From an uncultured bacterium (GTDB lineage Bacteria > Patescibacteriota > Minisyncoccia > Phycocordibacterales > CAIZIN01), in assembly GCA_903933085.1 (NCBI GenBank), contig CAIZIN010000047.1, positions 2,885-26,884 on the forward strand: DNA of 24,000 bases, given 5' to 3'. Positions 1 through 6,378 of this stretch are shown here, one piece after another. Numbering within the stretch: the first letter of the stretch is position 1; the number at the start of each line of letters is the position of its first letter. Below the pieces are notes generated by a model that saw only the letters and a list, made by a program, of their open reading frames with translations, was not told the DNA's origin and searched no databases. A program made the position numbers and the translations under genes.

Positions 1-177
1 TTCAGAAATAAGTCCCTTCTTTGCAAGAGATTCGAGGACTGGATAAATGGTAGTACGATTAATTTTTGTTTTCTCAGCTAAATCAAGCACGGAATCATTG
101 TCCACTTCCAAAAGCGACAAATAAACCTTTGCTTCCTTCTCTGATAAACCTAAATCTTCAAGATATTTTTCAAACAT
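1..177 (-). CDS. TrmB-family winged-helix transcriptional regulator, N-terminal 59 codons only (rest lies beyond window start)
   Basis: Reverse-strand ATG at 177. Translation MFEKYLEDLGLSEKEAKVYLSLLEVDNDSVLDLAEKTKINRTTIYPVLESLAKKGLISE parallels the N-terminal HTH of the TrmB-like ORFs starting at 5638 and 14635. Absent from the ORF track because it is truncated. Confidence 0.65.
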   Translation of the reverse strand, partial: MFEKYLEDLGLSEKEAKVYLSLLEVDNDSVLDLAEKTKINRTTIYPVLESLAKKGLISE

Positions 178-274
178 AAATTTATTATATCACACATGTC
201 AAAATACAATGACAGAAATTTTTGTAGACATGTTGTTTCCCGACAACCAATAAAAATGATACTATTTAAACACT

Positions 275-787
275 ATGAAACTACTCAAGCTTTTAAACGA
301 TGAAAATATAACTGAAAAAGAGGTTGAAAATTTTAAACATCGACGAGCTGTGCGAGTTATTGCTTTTGATACGGATGGAAAAATTGCATTGGTTCATGCC
401 AAAATAAGAAATTATTACACACTTCCTGGTGGAGGAGTTGAAGAAGGTGAAACCTTAGAGGAAGGTGCGATTCGTGAAGTAAAGGAAGAAGCTGGCTGTG
501 CTGTAAAAATTACCGGCGAAGTTGGGATTGTTAAAGAGTATTTGAAAGCAAAAGAACTAATAAATGAAACATTTTGCTATGTCGCAGATGTTCTTGGAGA
601 TAAAGGAAAATTAAATTTGTTGTCTTACGAAATTGAGGAGGGTATGGAAGTCATTTGGGTTGATATCAATGAAGCGATTAAACTTCTAGAATCAACGAGC
701 GAAATCAGTTTGTACGCAACCCCCTTACAGGTGAAGTACACAAAAACTAGAGATATTACTTTTTTAAAAAATATCAATAAAAAATAG
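275..787 (+). CDS. NUDIX hydrolase
   Basis: 170-aa ORF. GGVEEGETLEEGAIREVKEEAGC fits the Nudix box GX5EX7REUXEEXGU. Confidence 0.85.
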   Translation: MKLLKLLNDENITEKEVENFKHRRAVRVIAFDTDGKIALVHAKIRNYYTLPGGGVEEGETLEEGAIREVKEEAGCAVKITGEVGIVKEYLKAKELINETFCYVADVLGDKGKLNLLSYEIEEGMEVIWVDINEAIKLLESTSEISLYATPLQVKYTKTRDITFLKNINKK

Positions 788-793
788 AAAAAA

Positions 794-2122
794 ATGAACA
801 ATACAGAACACAAGGCAAAACAAGTAGAAAGCAAAGCAGAAAATACAAACGTTGAAGTTGAAGAACTATCACCAACAAAAGAAAGGCTTCGTCGCATAGA
901 ATCCATTGATCATCAACTCAATGGCTTAGTTGATGTGCCGAAATCAAAAGTGGAAATCGAAGAAATTCAAAACATTAAGGAGGTAGAATACACGACTGAA
1001 CTTGATAAATTAGAAGCAGGTCTTGGCCAACCCCTTTCTGAAGAAGTTAGAGATAAAATCCATAAAAATATGGTAAATAGCCCTACTGAAAAAGCAGAAG
1101 AAAAGGGCGAACAATATGACCGACTTATGATTGAGAAAATAGTTTTAGAAAACATAGAAAATCCTGACTTCAAGAATAGGGTCTTTCCGTTGGGGAGTGA
1201 AAATGTTACTCAGAAAACTTTTCAGAACGGATTAGACAAACTTTTGGATGCAGATATCGCCTTACCAAAAGCAGATAGAATCCGATTATTCAAACAAACA
1301 CTAGAGTATTATTCAAGCCCAGTTATGACAGAAAAACCACTTTGGCATTCTACAAGTTCTTATACATTACGAAAATGTTTGGAGGACGGACTATCTGGCG
1401 GGCACGGAAAATTTTCTGGAGAAGCAGGCTCTACAAACAGTAGTGACCAAACACAAAAGGGCTTATCTGTATCTCATCCCAATTATCCATCAGCTGAAAC
1501 ATTCCAACAATTATTTGCAAGATTGAGTGCTAAAAAGAAGGGGCTAGCAAATTATTTAGAGATCGATTCCGAAAAAATAACAGGAAAAACCCTACCTGAA
1601 GTGTTTGTTGCTGAATTATTCAATACAACAAGTCATGAAGAGATGAGGGAGATATTGGCAAAAAGAATGAAAATGAAAACAGATCAAATTGATGATGAAA
1701 TGATTAAAAAAGGAATAAGTGAAGAAGCTCAAAAAGCTTGGATCGATTACTTTAATAAACAAGAATATCCTCCAATAAAAGAAGAGATAGAAGGAAAAAT
1801 ACTTCCAACCATATCGAATGAAAAATTGCGACAAGAATTACAGTTTGAGGTAAATCACCCTTTCCCATGCATGATTACCTTAGAGTCATCAGGCAAAGAG
1901 CAACATCTTACTAGTGTATCTAGGGGCGAAAAAGCAACCCACATTCCTTTTGAAGATTTTTATTGGGATACTTTTCAAGGCGAAGATATTCGCGAAATTC
2001 GCGTGCCAGAAAATCAGACCAAGAAAGTTAGTGGCTGGCTTGAAGAAAAAGGCTTAGTCGGAATTAAAATCGTTCCCTTAGAAATTTTTGAAATAAAAAG
2101 AGTAATACAAAATAGTATTTAA
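794..2122 (+). CDS. hypothetical protein, 442 aa
   Basis: Long uninterrupted ORF directly downstream of the NUDIX gene. Antisense ORFs inside it are short and low-complexity. No motif recognised. Confidence 0.7.
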   Translation: MNNTEHKAKQVESKAENTNVEVEELSPTKERLRRIESIDHQLNGLVDVPKSKVEIEEIQNIKEVEYTTELDKLEAGLGQPLSEEVRDKIHKNMVNSPTEKAEEKGEQYDRLMIEKIVLENIENPDFKNRVFPLGSENVTQKTFQNGLDKLLDADIALPKADRIRLFKQTLEYYSSPVMTEKPLWHSTSSYTLRKCLEDGLSGGHGKFSGEAGSTNSSDQTQKGLSVSHPNYPSAETFQQLFARLSAKKKGLANYLEIDSEKITGKTLPEVFVAELFNTTSHEEMREILAKRMKMKTDQIDDEMIKKGISEEAQKAWIDYFNKQEYPPIKEEIEGKILPTISNEKLRQELQFEVNHPFPCMITLESSGKEQHLTSVSRGEKATHIPFEDFYWDTFQGEDIREIRVPENQTKKVSGWLEEKGLVGIKIVPLEIFEIKRVIQNSI

Positions 2123-2613
2123 CCATGTAAATAATTGTCTACCTGTTCAAAGGAAGTCATTCTGATTACCTTATCTTCATAAGGAGCAAGCATCTCCTCG
2201 AAACTTTCTAGCTTTTTATTTATACCAAGCTTATATTTCTTTTTGATTTGATAGATAATCAGATCAAATAAATTTTTTAAATTTTCATTATCTCTACTTC
2301 TATTCCTTTTATAAAGAACCCAAATTTGATGAAAAATATTCTTATAGGTTAGATAAAATATTTTATCTGCTTTTGGCATACCAATTTTAAGCATTCGACG
2401 AGTTCCTCCTTCTATAATCCACTCGTCTTTTTCAAAAACTTCTTTTGCCATCTCCACATCTTTTTCTTGTCCGCGAGGTTTTGAAAATTTTACTTCCCAG
2501 AAAAAATCATCTGTGGAATATTTTGGAATGCCTAGTTTTTCTGAAAGCTTTTCCGCAAAAGTAGTTTTCCCTCTTCCCGCATCACCAATAATTATAATTT
2601 TTGAATCTTTCAT
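2119..2613 (-). CDS. P-loop NTPase, adenylate-kinase / topology-modulation (FlaR)-like
   Basis: Walker A motif IIIIGDAGRGKTT near the N-terminus. I prefer the ATG at 2613 (MKDSKIIIIG) over the track start at 2637, because 2621-2631 reads ATGTTATATAAT on the minus strand (a -10 element) just upstream of that ATG. Confidence 0.75.
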   Translation of the reverse strand: MKDSKIIIIGDAGRGKTTFAEKLSEKLGIPKYSTDDFFWEVKFSKPRGQEKDVEMAKEVFEKDEWIIEGGTRRMLKIGMPKADKIFYLTYKNIFHQIWVLYKRNRSRDNENLKNLFDLIIYQIKKKYKLGINKKLESFEEMLAPYEDKVIRMTSFEQVDNYLHG

Positions 2614-2635
2614 TTTGTGTATTATATAACATAGC

Positions 2636-2669
2636 AAATAAAAAAGCGCCGTACCAAAAGGTCGTGCGC
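2636..2669 (-). terminator. Rho-independent terminator closing the ribozyme-containing operon
   Basis: Minus strand reads GCGCACGACC-UUUU-GGUACGGCGC followed by UUUUUU. The 34-nt sequence is identical to 6937-6970. Confidence 0.6.
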
Positions 2670-2693
2670 ATGGTTTTTAAACATCTTATACAC

Positions 2694-3272
2694 TCAGCGA
2701 GGTTTCTGAATACCTAACCCGCACCCAGACATGAGTTTAATGTGCGTTTCAAGATCTTGACGACCTTCTTCGGTATCTAATCCTAATATTTTTGAAGTTC
2801 GTTGAGCTAAATTTTCTTCATAGATTAACTTCGCTCTTTTTTCTTCTTTTTTCTTTCTTTGTAAATCTGTCTCTGGGTTACCTCGTTTGATAAACCTTAC
2901 CCATTTCTTCTCTATTTTTGAATGATGAGATTCAAACTGTCTATGATTCGCTACTACACAGCATGCGTACACGCAACTTGCATTATAGTTTTCAGAACCA
3001 ATAGCCCAAAACTCACCGGACTCGAGCGGAGGAAATAATTTACAAAGCTCATTATTACTTTTACACTTCTCAACCGCAGTTATAATGTCTTGATAATGAG
3101 GAAGTCTGATCGCTGAATGCATTCCAGCAATCTCAATAGCTTCAAGCCATGTCATCTTTTGAGGTTCGGTTGATAACCATACCTCTCCGGGATACAAGCA
3201 GAGATCGAAGTTTTCAAGAGACCGATCGTCGCAAAAATCTTCTTGGCACATGTAACTGTATAGAATATTCAT
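2694..3272 (-). CDS. hypothetical protein, 192 aa (weak resemblance to DUF1566/Lcl-type lectin-fold domains)
   Basis: ORF with an ATG 28 nt downstream of hammerhead 1. The MTWLEAIEIAG...IRLPHYQDI pattern resembles the TWxEA...RLP signature. This similarity is judged by eye only. Confidence 0.65.
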   Translation of the reverse strand: MNILYSYMCQEDFCDDRSLENFDLCLYPGEVWLSTEPQKMTWLEAIEIAGMHSAIRLPHYQDIITAVEKCKSNNELCKLFPPLESGEFWAIGSENYNASCVYACCVVANHRQFESHHSKIEKKWVRFIKRGNPETDLQRKKKEEKRAKLIYEENLAQRTSKILGLDTEEGRQDLETHIKLMSGCGLGIQKPR

Positions 3273-3300
3273 ATTTTCCTTTCTTTTTCAATGTACTATT

Positions 3301-3364
3301 CTGTTTCGTCTTTTTCACACACTCGTGAGAGAGACTCATCAGTCCACCTCACAGATGGAGACAG
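3301..3364 (-). ncRNA. type-III hammerhead ribozyme, copy 1
   Basis: Minus strand: CUGUC | UCCAUC-UGUGA-GGUGGA | CUGAUGA | GUCUCUCUCAC-GAGU-GUGUGAAAAAGAC | GAAACAG. Full core is present (C3-A9, G12-A14, A15.1:U16.1, GUC triplet). Stems I and II are closed and stem III is open. Predicted cleavage after the C at plus-strand position 3360. Confidence 0.85.
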
Positions 3365-3366
3365 TA

Positions 3367-3394
3367 CCCCACATCGCGTAAGCGCGATGTGGGG
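3367..3394 (-). other. 12-bp GC-rich hairpin immediately 5' of hammerhead 1
   Basis: CCCCACAUCGCG-CUUA-CGCGAUGUGGGG on the minus strand, 2 nt upstream of stem III. No U-tract follows. Confidence 0.7.
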
Positions 3395-3458
3395 CTCCTT
3401 TATCATTAATAAAGGAGAATAATCTTAAAACAATCTAGATTTTCAAACAGAAACTATC

Positions 3459-4061
3459 CTAAATTCGAATAAATGTACGAACTTTTTCACTGTACCAACC
3501 CAACATTTGCATTTTTTCGACAAAAGGCTTGAACTGTTCTTTGCTCGTGATTAAAACTACATCTAGAGCCCTCCAGAATCCAGGCACTTTGTAGACAATG
3601 TCTGGTAGCATTACCGAACGGCTATGTCGATCCACTTCGGTTGTAGAACTCGTATAACACAATGTAATAGCAACTATTCCTTGTGTTGAAGGTATTCTTA
3701 CAAAAAAGAGATTACCTCCCTTCCAGTCTTCCAACAGTGGTCCTCCCGTCTTTTTTTCTACACCAGAACTCATTTTGAGCATAAAAACAATGTCGTGGAG
3801 CGTATGAATCGAAGATCGTGAGTTAAATAACTTACTCAACTCTTCGAGTAGCACTTCTCTATTATCTGAAATTTTTATGTCTAGTCCACATAGAACATGT
3901 TTTTCTTGTGGACCCTCAGTCTCTCCACCAAATAATTGCTTAAAAGGAGACACGTTGTTTCCGTCTCCATTCTGAAATGGCATATTGGTCTTATACTTAT
4001 CTTTTTCGACGCTCGGTATTCTGATAGATTCATTTGATTCTGGAATTGTTATCGCGTTCAT
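3459..4061 (-). CDS. hypothetical protein, 200 aa
   Basis: ORF with an ATG 26 nt downstream of hammerhead 2. No motif recognised. Confidence 0.7.
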   Translation of the reverse strand: MNAITIPESNESIRIPSVEKDKYKTNMPFQNGDGNNVSPFKQLFGGETEGPQEKHVLCGLDIKISDNREVLLEELSKLFNSRSSIHTLHDIVFMLKMSSGVEKKTGGPLLEDWKGGNLFFVRIPSTQGIVAITLCYTSSTTEVDRHSRSVMLPDIVYKVPGFWRALDVVLITSKEQFKPFVEKMQMLGWYSEKVRTFIRI

Positions 4062-4087
4062 TTATTTGTTGTTTTCAATGTACTATT

Positions 4088-4152
4088 CTGTTTCGTCTTT
4101 TTCACACACTCGTGTGATTGACTCATCAGCCGGAGAAACTACTCCGGGACAG
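4088..4152 (-). ncRNA. type-III hammerhead ribozyme, copy 2
   Basis: Minus strand: CUGUC | CCGGAG-UAGUUU-CUCCGG | CUGAUGA | GUCAAUCACAC-GAGU-GUGUGAAAAAGAC | GAAACAG. The core is identical to copy 1 and stem I is fully compensated. Predicted cleavage after the C at plus-strand position 4148. Confidence 0.85.
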
Positions 4153-4168
4153 TGATTTGTTTTTTAAA

Positions 4169-4200
4169 GGAAATCGACGAGCGAAGTGATTATGATTTCC
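4169..4200 (-). other. hairpin upstream of hammerhead 2
   Basis: GGAAAUC...GAUUUCC 7-bp stem with an 18-nt loop, lying between the HIT gene stop (4217) and the ribozyme. Confidence 0.5.
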
Positions 4201-4216
4201 CTAATCCCTTCCTTCT

Positions 4217-4642
4217 TTATGTATTTAAGGGCGTAGGTTGGGCAAGAAAAATCGCGATATCTTTATCGCGTTTAGTTTCGACCAGTCTTTCTTTCAATGT
4301 CAGCAAGTGTAAGTGATGATGCATCGGTATGGATTTTAGTTTTATACTGTTTTCTATGATTACGTCGTAGTCTTCTTGTGCCTCCATTTTTATTTTTTTG
4401 TATTCTTTTATTTCTTTGTTTGTTAAACCACCCTCAGTTATGTGACGCTTTGGTGCTATGATGTGACTTTTGCTAGCGATCTCGTCGTAAGGAAATTCAT
4501 TTTCGACCACCTTCCAGTATTTATATTCTTTTAATGATTTTGATGAGCAGAAGAAGCACTTTGGCAGTGTTCCTGCTTTTATTTGCTCTTCGTATTTGAA
4601 GAGAGTTTCTGGTGTTCTTAATGTTTTTATTTTTCTTATCAT
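4217..4642 (-). CDS. HIT (histidine triad) family protein
   Basis: 141-aa ORF with the HHHLHLL histidine-triad motif and an upstream CFFC motif typical of HIT proteins. Confidence 0.8.
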   Translation of the reverse strand: MIRKIKTLRTPETLFKYEEQIKAGTLPKCFFCSSKSLKEYKYWKVVENEFPYDEIASKSHIIAPKRHITEGGLTNKEIKEYKKIKMEAQEDYDVIIENSIKLKSIPMHHHLHLLTLKERLVETKRDKDIAIFLAQPTPLNT

Positions 4643-4708
4643 CTTTTAATTCCACTCTGCGTTTTTTCGGACTTGTGACCGTCACCTTTTATTTGTTTTT
4701 GGTGGTCG

Positions 4709-4741
4709 CATTAAAATTGGAGGATGTTTTAATTCCTCCAA
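4709..4741 (-). terminator. terminator-like hairpin between the small ORF and the HIT gene
   Basis: Minus strand UUGGAGGA-loop-UCCUCCAA (8 bp) followed by UUUUAAUG. It may be an attenuator or stabiliser rather than a full stop, because no promoter is seen before 4642. Confidence 0.45.
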
Positions 4742-4749
4742 GAGTCGGG

Positions 4750-4926
4750 TTACCTCTTCCCCATGACCTCGTCGAAGCGTTCTCCAAATACCTTTTTAAG
4801 GAGTATTTGGTGACACTCGGTGTTCCATCTCTCGGCAACGCGACAGCTCTCGAGTTCTTCTGGGTCTGGTATGTGGTAGGCTTCACCTTCGAGATCAGTA
4901 AATTCGTCAGCATGGATGGTTGGCAT
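4750..4926 (-). CDS. small hypothetical protein, 58 aa (below the ORF-track size cutoff)
   Basis: ATG at 4926 lies 25 nt downstream of hammerhead 3. My translation is MPTIHADEFTDLEGEAYHIPDPEELESCRVAERWNTECHQILLKKVFGERFDEVMGKR*. It looks more protein-like than the overlapping 104-aa track ORF, which would start inside the ribozyme. Confidence 0.45.
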   Translation of the reverse strand: MPTIHADEFTDLEGEAYHIPDPEELESCRVAERWNTECHQILLKKVFGERFDEVMGKR

Positions 4927-4951
4927 GGTAGTGTGGGGTTGTAAAGAACGC

Positions 4952-5015
4952 CTGTTTCGTCTTTTTCTGCCACTCGGCAGAGAGACTCATCAGTCGGAAT
5001 CACATTCCGAGACAG
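4952..5015 (-). ncRNA. type-III hammerhead ribozyme, copy 3
   Basis: Minus strand: CUGUC | UCGGAAU-GUG-AUUCCGA | CUGAUGA | GUCUCUCUGCC-GAGU-GGCAGAAAAAGAC | GAAACAG. The core is intact. Stem I and distal stem II covary relative to copies 1 and 2. Predicted cleavage after the C at plus-strand position 5011. Confidence 0.85.
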
Positions 5016-5017
5016 AA

Positions 5018-5034
5018 GCAGGGGTAGAACCTGC
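5018..5034 (-). other. hairpin immediately 5' of hammerhead 3
   Basis: GCAGG-UUCUACC-CCUGC on the minus strand, 2 nt upstream of the CUGUC. Confidence 0.5.
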
Positions 5035-5084
5035 TAATTTGTTTCAGTTTCAGGAAGTTGTTTCTCCCTTTCCGAGACTGGAGG

Positions 5085-5456
5085 TCAATCCCAAGGGCGA
5101 GGTCCGTCTATCCTCACTCCTCCGCGTGGACCAATCCACACTTTGAGTTTGATTCCCTCAAACTCCGCCTCGATGGATCCACCCTTCTGAGTGACTCCAT
5201 GCTGGTCAAGAATCTCTCTTGCCCAGTCTTTTCTCCGTTGGTAGTAGGCAATTTGCCCGCTCGCGAAGATGTTACTCTCTTCGTTTCTACCAACCCGAGC
5301 CTCGAACTCGGCACCGCAGTCCTCGCATCGGACTTTTACATCGATTGTGCGAGCTGCAGTTCCGAAGCAGGGGGTTTCTGTAAGTTCAAAACCTACAGCT
5401 GTCCCACCGCATCGGCAGGTTCGGGTGACGTCTTCTGGCTGGATTACTGTTTGCAT
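5085..5456 (-). CDS. zinc-ribbon protein, 123 aa (CxCG...CxxCG)
   Basis: I start at the internal ATG at 5456 (MQTVIQPEDVTRTCRCGG...VRCEDCGAEF). The track's N-terminal extension to 5585 runs through the AT-rich promoter region. The segment is GC-rich, which explains the many overlapping shadow ORFs. Confidence 0.6.
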   Translation of the reverse strand: MQTVIQPEDVTRTCRCGGTAVGFELTETPCFGTAARTIDVKVRCEDCGAEFEARVGRNEESNIFASGQIAYYQRRKDWAREILDQHGVTQKGGSIEAEFEGIKLKVWIGPRGGVRIDGPRPWD

Positions 5457-5505
5457 AGTGTTGTTGGGGTGGTTGGTTGTGAATGTGCTGTTTGTTCTGA
5501 AGATC

Positions 5506-5511
5506 ATTATA
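5506..5511 (-). promoter_or_regulatory. candidate -10 box (TATAAT) for the ribozyme-containing operon
   Basis: TATAAT on the minus strand about 50 nt upstream of the ATG at 5456. No good -35 was found. Confidence 0.3.
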
Positions 5512-5579
5512 CTTGACAATATAAAAAATACTTGTGCAATCAAATGAATTTGTAACACTTTTTGAAATTTAACTAAAAC

Positions 5580-5607
5580 TTGCATATTTTTAGGGATATT
5601 ATATAAT
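5580..5607 (+). promoter_or_regulatory. candidate sigma70-type promoter for the TrmB-like gene
   Basis: TTGCAT, 16-nt spacer, TATAAT; about 30 nt upstream of the ATG at 5638. Confidence 0.4.
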
Positions 5608-5637
5608 ATAAATGTGTAACAAAAAGTTTCACTTTCT

Positions 5638-6372
5638 ATGAATAAACAACAAATATTGCAAAAAATAGGACTAAATAAGGACGAAAGTGCTATTTATCTA
5701 GCTCTTTTAGAGCTTGGTCCGTCCCATATTTCTACAATTTCGGATAAGACAAAAATCCATAGACCCCTTATTTACAAGGCTATTCCTTCCCTTTTGGAGA
5801 AAAAACTCGTAACACAAACACATAAAGAAAAAACTATACTTTATGTAGCGGAACCGCCAAACAGGCTTGAATCAATTTTTGAGGACCTGAAACTTGATTT
5901 ATTCGAGATTCTTCCAGATTTGGAGGATATATATGTGACAAATACAAAGAAAGGAATAAAAATAAGGTTTCTAGAGGGTCAAAGTGGCACAATGAGAGTT
6001 TTTGATGATGTTGTACGAAGTTTAAAGAAAGATGAGACCTTCTACCGAATAAGTTCCAACAAAGACGGACAAGAAAAAAGAGATAAGTATGTACCAAGAA
6101 ACTACAGCAGAATCCGCGACTCAAAGAAACTTCAGAGAATGGTTATCACAAACGAACAAACTGCGGAACATAAAGAAGATAAACTAGATAGATTTATAAA
6201 AGTAATGCCAAGTGACTTTGGTCTATTTGACCATAATGTTACACAAATTATCTACGGAGACAGAGTTGCGTTTATAGATTATAATTCAGAGACAGCCTTA
6301 ATAGTTGAGAGTAAAGCCATAGCCGACTTTCAAGCTCATGTTTTCAAGAATTTTTATAAAAAACTAAATTAA
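5638..6372 (+). CDS. TrmB-family HTH transcriptional regulator
   Basis: N-terminus LNKDESAIYLALLELGPSHISTISDKTKIHRPLIYKAIPSLLEKKLV is a TrmB-type winged helix. The gene is divergent from the ribozyme operon. Confidence 0.8.
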   Translation: MNKQQILQKIGLNKDESAIYLALLELGPSHISTISDKTKIHRPLIYKAIPSLLEKKLVTQTHKEKTILYVAEPPNRLESIFEDLKLDLFEILPDLEDIYVTNTKKGIKIRFLEGQSGTMRVFDDVVRSLKKDETFYRISSNKDGQEKRDKYVPRNYSRIRDSKKLQRMVITNEQTAEHKEDKLDRFIKVMPSDFGLFDHNVTQIIYGDRVAFIDYNSETALIVESKAIADFQAHVFKNFYKKLN

Positions 6373-6378
6373 ATATAA

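Noticed and set aside
4689-5003. 104-aa minus-strand track ORF (GTG start) spanning hammerhead 3 and the region downstream
   Set aside because: It would initiate inside stem I of the ribozyme and reads through the whole catalytic core. Its S/T/N/K-rich translation looks non-protein-like. A better ATG-initiated 58-aa frame (4750-4926) fits the spacing seen at the other two ribozymes.
4612-5547. Plus-strand ORFs 4612-4944, 4916-5146, 5058-5516 and 5269-5547, and minus-strand ORF 5114-5314
   Set aside because: These are shadow ORFs produced by the locally GC-rich sequence. They overlap the better-supported minus-strand genes and the ribozyme, have odd composition, and lack plausible starts or promoters.
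5457-5585. N-terminal extension of the zinc-ribbon ORF (track start at 5585)
   Set aside because: The extension is hydrophobic and low-complexity (MQVLVKFQKVLQIHLIAQVFFILSS...). It runs through the AT-rich divergent promoter region, including a TATAAT box. The internal ATG at 5456 begins the GC-rich, protein-like part.
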